A stretch of 64,000 bases of DNA from a virus. This document shows, piece by piece, positions 1 to 8,077 of the stretch. The notes under the pieces were generated by a model. That model searched no databases and was not told where the DNA came from. It saw only the letters and a program-made list of their open reading frames with translations. Every line of letters starts with the position of its first letter. Position 1 is the stretch's first letter. The stretch spans positions 86,180 to 150,179 of the IMG/VR virus record IMGVR_UViG_3300046779_002349; one strand, written 5' to 3'. A program made the translations under genes and the position numbers.

Positions 1-402
1 GTTTTACTCATAAAAGTACACGGGAATACATCCAGACGCCGCAAATAGCAATACATACTAATACCTAAGCCGTCCTGTGTGTGCCGCTGTAAATCTGAAG
101 AGCTCTGTATGGGGGCGTTGCAAATATACTCTATTGCAGAAAAATTACTAATTGTTGGTTTATCTTCTGCACTTTTATTATCCTCGCTCATCTCAGCGAT
201 ACTTTAGTTTCCCTTCCCATAAGGCGAGCCATTCTTTTTCCGAAGGCTAGGAATGTAGCCAATAGGAATACAAATCGGATAATGTACCAAGGTATAAACA
301 AAATTGCTCTATATAAAATTATATACCATGGGAAGAATTCAGCGTATTTTCTGTTTTTAGAATATGCTGGCCAGTGAATGATTTCTCTCAACATAAGTTT
401 TA

Positions 403-819
403 TTATTTAACGAATTCGCAGTAGTGTAGATCTGGAGCGCCGTATGCTCTATTATATTTCTCGTAGCACCATGCGACATCATCGGATTCTGAGTAGGTTG
501 CATATTTTACATTTTCTGCCCACCAACGTTTTCCTCTGTAAACCGCTTTAGTATATCCTTCCGGAATTTCGGGTAAAGGTATCCCAATAGGAAAACCTTC
601 ATAGCTGCTATCTTTATTCGGGTTTACCCCATCCATATAAAATGTAGTTACCTTTGGTTTTGATGCAGATATAATAGCTAGGCATTTCGCAACCTCAAAA
701 ACATGATTCGGTTGTTTTTTGCATAACCGCTCAGCCTCAGTTAAAGCAGAATCGAAAGTAGTATGTTTGTGCTGCGGAGCGTATCCTGATCTGTTGATTA
801 CGTAATAATATGGTTCCAT
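403..819 (-). CDS. hypothetical phage protein
   Basis: 138-aa ORF in the minus-strand gene run. Confidence 0.7.
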   Translation of the reverse strand: MEPYYYVINRSGYAPQHKHTTFDSALTEAERLCKKQPNHVFEVAKCLAIISASKPKVTTFYMDGVNPNKDSSYEGFPIGIPLPEIPEGYTKAVYRGKRWWAENVKYATYSESDDVAWCYEKYNRAYGAPDLHYCEFVK

Positions 820-842
820 ACTGTGTTTGTTGGTTATTTTGT

Positions 843-1007
843 TTATTGGTCTATAAAATTAAAAACTAATAGTACTGTCGTCACAAGGGCTAGACTACAT
901 GGAAATAAAATTCCGTCAAGCGGTCCGTAGTGAACTTGTCTATAAATCTCTCCGACAAGGTATCCGAGTAAAATTCCTAGGGTAGTTAGTTGTACTTTGT
1001 TTTTCAT
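843..1007 (-). CDS. small membrane protein (54 aa, not in the ORF track)
   Basis: ATG overlaps the TGA of ORF 1004..1342; translates MKNKVQLTTLGILLGYLVGE...LALVTTVLLVFNFIDQ with two hydrophobic segments. Confidence 0.6.
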   Translation of the reverse strand: MKNKVQLTTLGILLGYLVGEIYRQVHYGPLDGILFPCSLALVTTVLLVFNFIDQ

Positions 1008-1559
1008 ACGAAATAAATTGTAATATGTCCCTGATCATTCGTTGCCCGTAAGAATTCGAAACCCTCAGATTCTAGTTTGTCTTTAAGTTTCTTAAATTTT
1101 TCAAATTTGCTATATGTATCTTCGCTTGGGGCGGAGAGACTACTTTCATACTTATTACGGTATACCCAGCGGTGTACTTCTCTGTATGCTTTTCCAAAGA
1201 CGGGGTATACCCATGTAATTGAAGACTCTCCCTTTAGAGCTGCTGCTTTGCATTGCTCTACAATCTCGTTATACAGCCTGTCGGTATCGTACAAGATGTT
1301 CTGTAACTCTTCTGCTTTTTTGATTGGTTTTTCGTTTTGCATATTTATTTATTATGTAATGGACATTCTGGGCAAGGAATCAAAAATCCAAGTCCTTCTT
1401 TATCCCGCTCCAATGGTAAATTTTTTCCGAAGAAACAGTGGTCCTCTGTTCCGAATCTTGTTTGATACAGGAAGATACAATAGTTCTTATTTCTTACGTC
1501 TACAGCGCAAGTCGGTTTGTTATCTGGTGTGTAATAAGTTTCTACTTCTAGTGTCTTTT

Positions 1560-2030
1560 TCATTGTGTTATGAATGGTGGTGTTTCTCTTCTGCTCCAAT
1601 AGTGTAAGTGCCTTTTCGCTACATTATAATACGATCTGTAGGATTGTATTGGGCACTCAGTTTTAAACTCATCAGGCATTGTTAGAGTGAATGGAGTAAT
1701 TCCGCTTTCCTCAAAAGATAGCCTATGCTTATTTTCATTAATAAATGGTAGTAATAGAGAAGAAGCGTGAACATTATCGCTACGATAAGTAAACTCTTCT
1801 CCTAACTTTGTTGCATACTCGATAACCCACTCTAGGTTATCTAAGCTTTTTCTTGCCCATATCGCACTCGGATGATTCTGATGGGTTTTTCGATACGGAG
1901 CCTCTATACCTTGTAAATGAAAAGCCGTACAAAGTAATTGTACGGCTTCCATCAGCATTTTCCCTACATGCCTGTCTACATGGTATCTTGCGTTTGTTGA
2001 CAAATCGTTGTCTAAGTAGAATAAGTTCAA
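1560..2030 (-). CDS. pyrimidine dimer DNA glycosylase / endonuclease V-like protein
   Basis: MNLFYLD...HVGKMLMEAVQLL...YRKTHQNHPSAIW...YRSYY motifs typical of the family. Confidence 0.8.
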   Translation of the reverse strand: MNLFYLDNDLSTNARYHVDRHVGKMLMEAVQLLCTAFHLQGIEAPYRKTHQNHPSAIWARKSLDNLEWVIEYATKLGEEFTYRSDNVHASSLLLPFINENKHRLSFEESGITPFTLTMPDEFKTECPIQSYRSYYNVAKRHLHYWSRRETPPFITQ

Positions 2031-2536
2031 AGTGTTCTTACAATAATTTGGATTGGTGATTTATTGAATGCTAGTTTGATTAATTTACGAATTACGCTCC
2101 AGCTGCCTCGCGCTAGTCCAGAACCAATCTTTGGCATTTGGATTACCTCTACATTGTCTCTCTCAGCTTTCATTCGTAGAGCCTTGAGACATGTAAACAG
2201 GCTATTGTAAATTAATGGTTGTGGGTTTGCTTCACTGGCTACTCCATCCATAGCAAACATGTTGCATATGGTAATGTTGGGTTCCACATCGACAAATTGT
2301 ACTGTACCTTGCTTTAGTACGTCCCTATCAATTTTTTTACACAGAATTCTGTACATCGCCTCTGGTTGTTTCCACTTCTTAGAAATGGCTACAACAATAC
2401 CAGCTCCCCAAAGTCCTTTATTGTTTACTACGTGAGCAATAATGGTTTTCTTCGTAGGATCTGTGTGTAGAGCGTTTCCTTTTTCCTGTACGAAATTTAC
2501 TTCTAGCTCTTTATTTTTTTGATTGTTGCTTTCCAT
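2027..2536 (-). CDS. macrodomain (ADP-ribose binding/hydrolase, Poa1p/DarG-like)
   Basis: KGNAL, IAHVVNNKGLWGAGIV and MPKIGSGLARGSW macrodomain motifs. Confidence 0.85.
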   Translation of the reverse strand: MESNNQKNKELEVNFVQEKGNALHTDPTKKTIIAHVVNNKGLWGAGIVVAISKKWKQPEAMYRILCKKIDRDVLKQGTVQFVDVEPNITICNMFAMDGVASEANPQPLIYNSLFTCLKALRMKAERDNVEVIQMPKIGSGLARGSWSVIRKLIKLAFNKSPIQIIVRTL

Positions 2537-3035
2537 ACCTTATTTATTTTTTTCAAGAAACACATAAAATAAAGCATGGTGCAAAGCAAGGTCAAAAAAC
2601 CTATGTATAAAAAATAATCTAAGCTTTCTTTCCTAGGAGGTAGCATTGGGAGAGTTTTTGATTTGAGGGATCAGGACGCCTCGTTTATCAGCTGGCACGG
2701 ATTGCATGAACTCATTGAATTCATTTACCCATTTGAGCACAGCATCTAATTTAGCGTTACCGTCCAAGTCTTGTGTAACATTTTTTGGCGGAATCATAAC
2801 AATGTCCACTTCAATTGATTGTATGTTCATTTATCAAATTTTTTGTGTTTAATGTAATAAATTGTGATGTTTTCTTTCTTGGTGTCTGATTCAGTAAACC
2901 AAGCCATTTCTAAAGCATTTCCTTCTTTATTAATTTTCTCGAAAGTTTCTCTAAATAGCGTATCGTCATTAGCAGGAATTACCGTACCCCAACAGGACAC
3001 AGATTTCCCATTAATAAGTTTTCTTGTTTTAAACG

Positions 3036-3959
3036 TCATATATCGATGATTTCTTTTTGTTGTTTTTTAGTGATTCTTTCCGCTGCATCTTTTCTTGATG
3101 TCTCCACAAATGTGTTTGTCAGAAGCTCCGATATAGAAGCCATTGGGATGTCCTGGTTATTAGTTTGCCCACCTTGTTTGGTAGCTGCCATAACAGAACG
3201 TGCGTGATAAATAGCGTTGGTGTTTTTAGTCTGATTGTAAAATCCAATCTTTGTAAGTAAATGTCCTTGAGTCATAAGAACACTTTCTAGTCTCCCAGAT
3301 GCTACTGCAGCTGGCACTTCTGGTAGCTGATGTCCAGGTAGACCACTAAGGAATAGAACCTCATCTCCAGAATGGTTGTATCCGAATCTTTTGAGAATTG
3401 TGCTAACGTCTTCCCGTTTTGCATAACCATCGTAAAACTCTACCATTCTTGTCTCAGGATAGATGAGGTTCTTAATGTAAGAATAATCTTTTTTCCTGTC
3501 CAATACATTGAAGAATAGTTTCTCGTACGCAGATATTGTACGTTCACTAATTCCCATCACTGTTGCAATTTTATCTGTGTCAGCAAAATCTTTACATACT
3601 AATAGAGCTTCAATCACATTTCGAATATCTTTCATCTCTGGACTTGCCAGGGATATTGCTTCGATAATATGTTTGTCTTTGTACTTTTGATTAACACAGT
3701 ATAGATAAGCTTTGAATATCCAGTTGTCCTCTTCCGTCAAGGCAACTGGAATATCTTTATTAGCTGCTGCAAATATAGCCGCTGTGTGCCAACCGAATGC
3801 TGGATTTTTATAAGCGTGTATAAAAGATCCTAGCATTGGGTCGACTGGAAACCACAATCTTTTTGCATCTCCGAGCAAGACCGCAGGAGGGCTTAGTTTC
3901 TTATTACTAAACTCTTCTGGAATATGCTCTGCAATTTGATTGATCTTATCAGCGGTCAT
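3036..3959 (-). CDS. hypothetical protein with possible HTH segment
   Basis: 307 aa; DKIATVMGISERTISAYEK resembles a helix-turn-helix; has its own promoter. Confidence 0.55.
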   Translation of the reverse strand: MTADKINQIAEHIPEEFSNKKLSPPAVLLGDAKRLWFPVDPMLGSFIHAYKNPAFGWHTAAIFAAANKDIPVALTEEDNWIFKAYLYCVNQKYKDKHIIEAISLASPEMKDIRNVIEALLVCKDFADTDKIATVMGISERTISAYEKLFFNVLDRKKDYSYIKNLIYPETRMVEFYDGYAKREDVSTILKRFGYNHSGDEVLFLSGLPGHQLPEVPAAVASGRLESVLMTQGHLLTKIGFYNQTKNTNAIYHARSVMAATKQGGQTNNQDIPMASISELLTNTFVETSRKDAAERITKKQQKEIIDI

Positions 3960-3966
3960 TTAGCTG

Positions 3967-3995
3967 ATATTAACTAAAAAAAATGTTTTTAACAA
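3967..3995 (-). promoter_or_regulatory. sigma70-like promoter, probably leaderless
   Basis: TTGTTA-17-TAATAT, 7 nt before ATG 3959. Confidence 0.55.
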
Positions 3996-3997
3996 GC

Positions 3998-4204
3998 TTA
4001 TTTAATTGTAGAGGCGATATCGAGAAATGCTTTTTTCATTCTCTTCATACCTGAATTAATTTTCTTTTTTACTTCGGGATACTCCAGCTCGAGAGCCTCT
4101 ATAGATGTAGCTGCGTTGATCATTGCTTGGTTGAGTTTGGCCCAGTTACGATCAATTATTTTCATTGTCAATTTCTTACTCACTTTCTTATGCTTAATAG
4201 CCAT
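3998..4204 (-). CDS. small basic hypothetical protein (probable start MAIKHKK at 4204)
   Basis: ORF track; ATG lies 6 nt downstream of the TATAAT of the conserved promoter motif. Confidence 0.6.
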   Translation of the reverse strand: MAIKHKKVSKKLTMKIIDRNWAKLNQAMINAATSIEALELEYPEVKKKINSGMKRMKKAFLDIASTIK

Positions 4205-4210
4205 GACATT

Positions 4211-4240
4211 ATTATATAACACAAGCGGAGCTATTTTTGC
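4211..4240 (-). promoter_or_regulatory. conserved phage promoter motif, copy 1
   Basis: GCAAAAATAG-CTCCG-CTTGTGTTA-TATAAT; same architecture at 23667 and 38190. Confidence 0.75.
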
Positions 4241-4542
4241 TTTGTTTTAAATAGCGCACTAGCATCCTTCTCCAGGATAGATAAAAAATGTTTTGTATCT
4301 GGATGCTTCAAGTGCATCCTCATCAGTTGTTCTGGAGACGGAGGTGGATTTATTTCCATCAATTGCGCTTTCCTTTTAGCTTCTCTAGCCTTTGCACCAG
4401 CTCTGCCCATTCTAGACAACTCTTCTTTGTTATTGGAGAAGATTGCTTTGATCAATTCTTGTGACTTCCCTTTAAATGGATCGAACTTAGGAGCTGCTGA
4501 TTTAATTAACATCCTTGGTATTAAAACAAAAATAGGTTTCAT
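4231..4542 (-). CDS. KxA-leader protein (putative virion-associated)
   Basis: N-terminus MKPIFVLIPRMLIKSA. Confidence 0.6.
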   Translation of the reverse strand: MKPIFVLIPRMLIKSAAPKFDPFKGKSQELIKAIFSNNKEELSRMGRAGAKAREAKRKAQLMEINPPPSPEQLMRMHLKHPDTKHFLSILEKDASALFKTKQK

Positions 4543-5624
4543 TTTAAGTAATTTTTTATTTTGTCCAAAAAGCTTATCTCTTCGGAATTCGACTGCGGTT
4601 TCTCTGGGGATATAAGAGGTTTATTTTTTTCTTTCAAGTAGGCATTAAGTTCTAAGCCGCCATAAGTGAGCCCTCCTAATCCTGCTGAGGTTAAAGGTAT
4701 ATCCCGTTTTGCTAACAGGTTTCTATTTTTATCTGCCTCTTTTAACGCGCCTACAGCTTGTTCTAGTTCAGTTCTGTATTGTGGACTTCCGATTACTGAT
4801 TTAACTCCGCGTAAATTACCTTCTCTGTCTAATAAATTGTTTCTAAAACCCCTCATGGTATCAGGGTCTGCTTTTATTTCTCCGTAATTTAATGCTTTTA
4901 AATAACTCGATAGCAAATCTATGTCTGATCCTTCTACTTTTGTTAACGGTCCTATATTCGCCGAATTTGTCATATATGCAAATTGCTTAGTAGGGCCTTC
5001 TGTAACGAGCTGTATACCTCTACTACTAGAGGTTGGGTCTGCAAAATAGATACCTCCTTTAAAATCTTTTTCTCTCAGTACTTTATTATCGGGGCTGTAA
5101 TGTCTAAACGGATCTCCGGTCTGATAATTTGTATAATTGCTTCTGTCAAATTGTGCTGCTCGCTCTGCATCTGTAAGTTTATCTTTCAAATTACTAAACA
5201 AAGAAACATTTCCTAAATCTTCTTTAGCTCCTAAATTCTTATGAATTAGATTTGAGTACAAGTTTTTATTTTTAACGAACTTATTACCAGCGGGAAGCAA
5301 GCTAACTAACTTGTCAAAGAAAGACGCTGCTTTTTTAAACTTTTTCAAAGGAGGTCCCATGCCTGGTCCTTCTACTTCTGATTTACCTGGAGGTTTTCCA
5401 TCATAACGAGTTCTTACCCATTTTCCAGATTCCATTAATCTTTTTTCGGAATCGCTGGGAGTTCTCACTGCTACGAGTTTATCACCACCTCTCTTTTTTT
5501 TAGCTCTAGCTTCTTCTTCGGAGCGTGCAGCAATACCTGTGTTTCTACCTTCGAAGTAATACAGTTTGTATTCCTCGCTGGCTTGTTTAATAAGGATAGT
5601 TGGAATTATTGAGTGTAGGTTCAT
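4539..5624 (-). CDS. KxA-leader two-part protein
   Basis: MNLHSIIPTILIKQA leader, internal KKFKKAA, C-terminal glycine-rich hydrophobic segment. Confidence 0.65.
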   Translation of the reverse strand: MNLHSIIPTILIKQASEEYKLYYFEGRNTGIAARSEEEARAKKKRGGDKLVAVRTPSDSEKRLMESGKWVRTRYDGKPPGKSEVEGPGMGPPLKKFKKAASFFDKLVSLLPAGNKFVKNKNLYSNLIHKNLGAKEDLGNVSLFSNLKDKLTDAERAAQFDRSNYTNYQTGDPFRHYSPDNKVLREKDFKGGIYFADPTSSSRGIQLVTEGPTKQFAYMTNSANIGPLTKVEGSDIDLLSSYLKALNYGEIKADPDTMRGFRNNLLDREGNLRGVKSVIGSPQYRTELEQAVGALKEADKNRNLLAKRDIPLTSAGLGGLTYGGLELNAYLKEKNKPLISPEKPQSNSEEISFLDKIKNYLK

Positions 5625-6602
5625 TTAATAGTTTTGCTTATTATTGTTAAACCACCTTTCTGCTGACCTAAGACCTTTTTCTGTTAAAAAAGTATTAGGT
5701 AGTTTAGATGCCCCTGCATTATGTAAGGCATCAGAAAGTTCATCTCCAGGTCGGTGTCTCCATAAGAATAATGGGTTAGCAGGTATAACTTTTCTCGTTA
5801 AAATTTTATCGGAGTCTGTCGGATGTAGCAAATACTGTGCGTCAGCACCATGTCCGCTCTCAGCTATTTTTGCGTTTAATTTTGGGCGAACTAATGCTAC
5901 AGCCGGAATGTCTCCATATCCATACGCTCCTCCTGCATACCTCGCTGTTACTGCATCATCAAACAAGCCTCTTATTTGGTTGTTAGTAGGACTAGTCCAT
6001 AAACTTCCATTACCTCCATCCGAAGCAATACTGCCGTATCCTTTTCCTTCTAGTACACGTTTCATTTTATACAAACTTCCAAAACTTTGAAGGTTGTTTT
6101 CGTCTAAAGCATCTACGGCTCTCCTTTTTTGTAAAGATTGTCCTACTACAGAAGCTCCTCCATATTTATGCTGTTTTATAAACTTTAGTTGATTTTTTAC
6201 ATCTTGTGGTGAATCAGCAAGATGTAATAATTTCTTAATAAGTTTTGTTCTGTTTCCATAGTCAGCGTGTACCCCATTTCTAGGACCCTGAATCCCTCCA
6301 TAATTTTTTACATTATTGCTAATCGCTTTGATAACTTCGGGAGTCCTCAATTGGGGGTATACCCTAGCTGCATGTATGGCCCTGAGAGTTTTGTCCATAC
6401 CAAAAGTAGGTACTTGCGGTATAACGCCGCCTACAGTGGTATCGACAGCAGCCCTAGATTTAGTTATACCTTCCAGCATTTTTAAAGCGTTAATCGGTTT
6501 TAAATGTGGAAGCATTTTTTCCCATTTTCTGGACGCAACCTTAACCAACCCAACACTGGCTTGTTTAATAAACTGCTTAGGAGCTAAAAAAAATAATTTC
6601 AT
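5625..6602 (-). CDS. KxA-leader protein
   Basis: MKLFFLAPKQFIKQASVGLVKVAS. Confidence 0.65.
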   Translation of the reverse strand: MKLFFLAPKQFIKQASVGLVKVASRKWEKMLPHLKPINALKMLEGITKSRAAVDTTVGGVIPQVPTFGMDKTLRAIHAARVYPQLRTPEVIKAISNNVKNYGGIQGPRNGVHADYGNRTKLIKKLLHLADSPQDVKNQLKFIKQHKYGGASVVGQSLQKRRAVDALDENNLQSFGSLYKMKRVLEGKGYGSIASDGGNGSLWTSPTNNQIRGLFDDAVTARYAGGAYGYGDIPAVALVRPKLNAKIAESGHGADAQYLLHPTDSDKILTRKVIPANPLFLWRHRPGDELSDALHNAGASKLPNTFLTEKGLRSAERWFNNNKQNY

Positions 6603-8020
6603 TTCAAAGGCATTACGTAATTTGAACTAAGATGTTCTAAGGCAGATAAAGTAGCTCTAATATTATCTTCCATATGAGGTTGTTTTGCAATCAAATCTTC
6701 GGCTCTTTGTCTAATAGGATCCAAGCCTTTTATTTTTACAGCACCTGTAGCTTCACGGATAGCTTTCGCCTTATTCCCTGTTCCTTTAGTTGCGTGAAAC
6801 TGAGTTCGGAGTTCGTCCAGAGCCGTAGTAGACCCAAGTATACGATTTTTTATTTCCTTTCCTCCCAATTTCTCTGACATCCGTAGCGGTAAATAAATGT
6901 TGCGATTGTACTTAGTTAAATCTTTACTTCTCAAAGGTATTTGTACTACGTGACCTAGCTCATGCCTGCCCGAGAGAGAATTAGCCGGAGCATAGATTTC
7001 ATTAAGATCCTTTCTTGCTCTTGCTTTATCTGTGAACCCGAGCTTTGGATCTTTCCATGATTGTTTACCAATCCATTTTCTGTATAACCAATTATCTAGG
7101 CTAGCAAAGAAAGAGCTTTTTTGAGGAGCTTTTCTCTTCGGTATGACCCTGCGTCCTTCTCTAATTTGTGCTAGGCTTGCGTCTCCAATTAATAACTTTT
7201 TTAACGGATTTATAGCATTGGTATCTACATTCCTAATACCTGCCAGCAAAGTGTCGTCAGAATTATACACTTCGCTTGCTGGACTGTTTCTCGCACTGTT
7301 TATTCTGGCATCTAATGTTTTCTGAATTTGCCTCAGTTCTCCTAATTGTTTTCCATACTCGTCATTAGCTCGTAATCCTTTATTTAGATTTCCGTGCATG
7401 GGTAGTTTAGCGGATTGTTCTGCTGTTCCTCTTAATATGCCGCCTCTTAATAGCTTAGTAAATTTATTAGCAGATTTCTTAATGAGCTTGCGTTCTCCAT
7501 TGATAAGATTAAAGCGTTTATCTGGTGTGGCTAACTTACCTTTAGAATTAGTTATAAAGCCACTCAGAGGAGACTTTAATGGCTTAGTTATAGTCACATA
7601 CTTCCTATCCTCTTTAACGCCTTCTACGGGGCTTTTAGAGGCTTTTAGATCTTCTTCAGTACCATTGATGGTTGAGGATTTTGTGAAGTATTTTGGGAGT
7701 ATGAAAGCAGACTTTTTTTCCATACTCTTCTCAATTGCGTACTCTTGTTTGTAAGCATCTTCAGGAGAATCATGAGTACCTAATTTTCTTTTGCCATCTT
7801 TAGTCCACAAAATCCATTTACCTGACTTTGGATCTTTTTCGATACGTGCTGATTTTTTAAGCTCGTCTCTAACCGTGGTATTACCTTTTTTGTGTTTCGG
7901 CGAGTAAGGGCAATTTGTGCAGCCAGAACCACAACAGGGTCTTTTCATAAGATCCTCTGCCGTTGGTTCTGATTTAGCTTGTTTTACAATTTCTTGTAGT
8001 TTAGCTAGGGAAAACTTCAT
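6599..8020 (-). CDS. KxA-punctuated multidomain protein (Cys-rich CCGSGCxNCPY domain; HELGH metallopeptidase-like motif)
   Basis: Segments separated by KQA, KKSA, KKSA, KSS, KKSA; RPCCGSGCTNCPY; RHELGH...DE. Confidence 0.65.
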   Translation of the reverse strand: MKFSLAKLQEIVKQAKSEPTAEDLMKRPCCGSGCTNCPYSPKHKKGNTTVRDELKKSARIEKDPKSGKWILWTKDGKRKLGTHDSPEDAYKQEYAIEKSMEKKSAFILPKYFTKSSTINGTEEDLKASKSPVEGVKEDRKYVTITKPLKSPLSGFITNSKGKLATPDKRFNLINGERKLIKKSANKFTKLLRGGILRGTAEQSAKLPMHGNLNKGLRANDEYGKQLGELRQIQKTLDARINSARNSPASEVYNSDDTLLAGIRNVDTNAINPLKKLLIGDASLAQIREGRRVIPKRKAPQKSSFFASLDNWLYRKWIGKQSWKDPKLGFTDKARARKDLNEIYAPANSLSGRHELGHVVQIPLRSKDLTKYNRNIYLPLRMSEKLGGKEIKNRILGSTTALDELRTQFHATKGTGNKAKAIREATGAVKIKGLDPIRQRAEDLIAKQPHMEDNIRATLSALEHLSSNYVMPLK

Positions 8021-8026
8021 TTGGAT

Positions 8027-8055
8027 ATTATAGCTAAAAAAAGAAATGTAATCAA
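8027..8055 (-). promoter_or_regulatory. sigma70-like promoter, leaderless
   Basis: TTGATT-17-TATAAT, 6 nt before ATG 8020. Confidence 0.7.
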
Positions 8056-8077
8056 TTGTTTACTTGCTTAAGCTATT

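Noticed and set aside
843-1003. Apparent intergenic gap as a structured ncRNA
   Set aside because: It is explained by a 54-aa membrane ORF below the track's length cutoff.
4295-4330. Hammerhead-like CTGATGA-GGATGC(loop)GCATCC on the minus strand
   Set aside because: Stem II is followed by AGATAC rather than the required GAAA, I found no stems I or III, and it lies inside a coding region.
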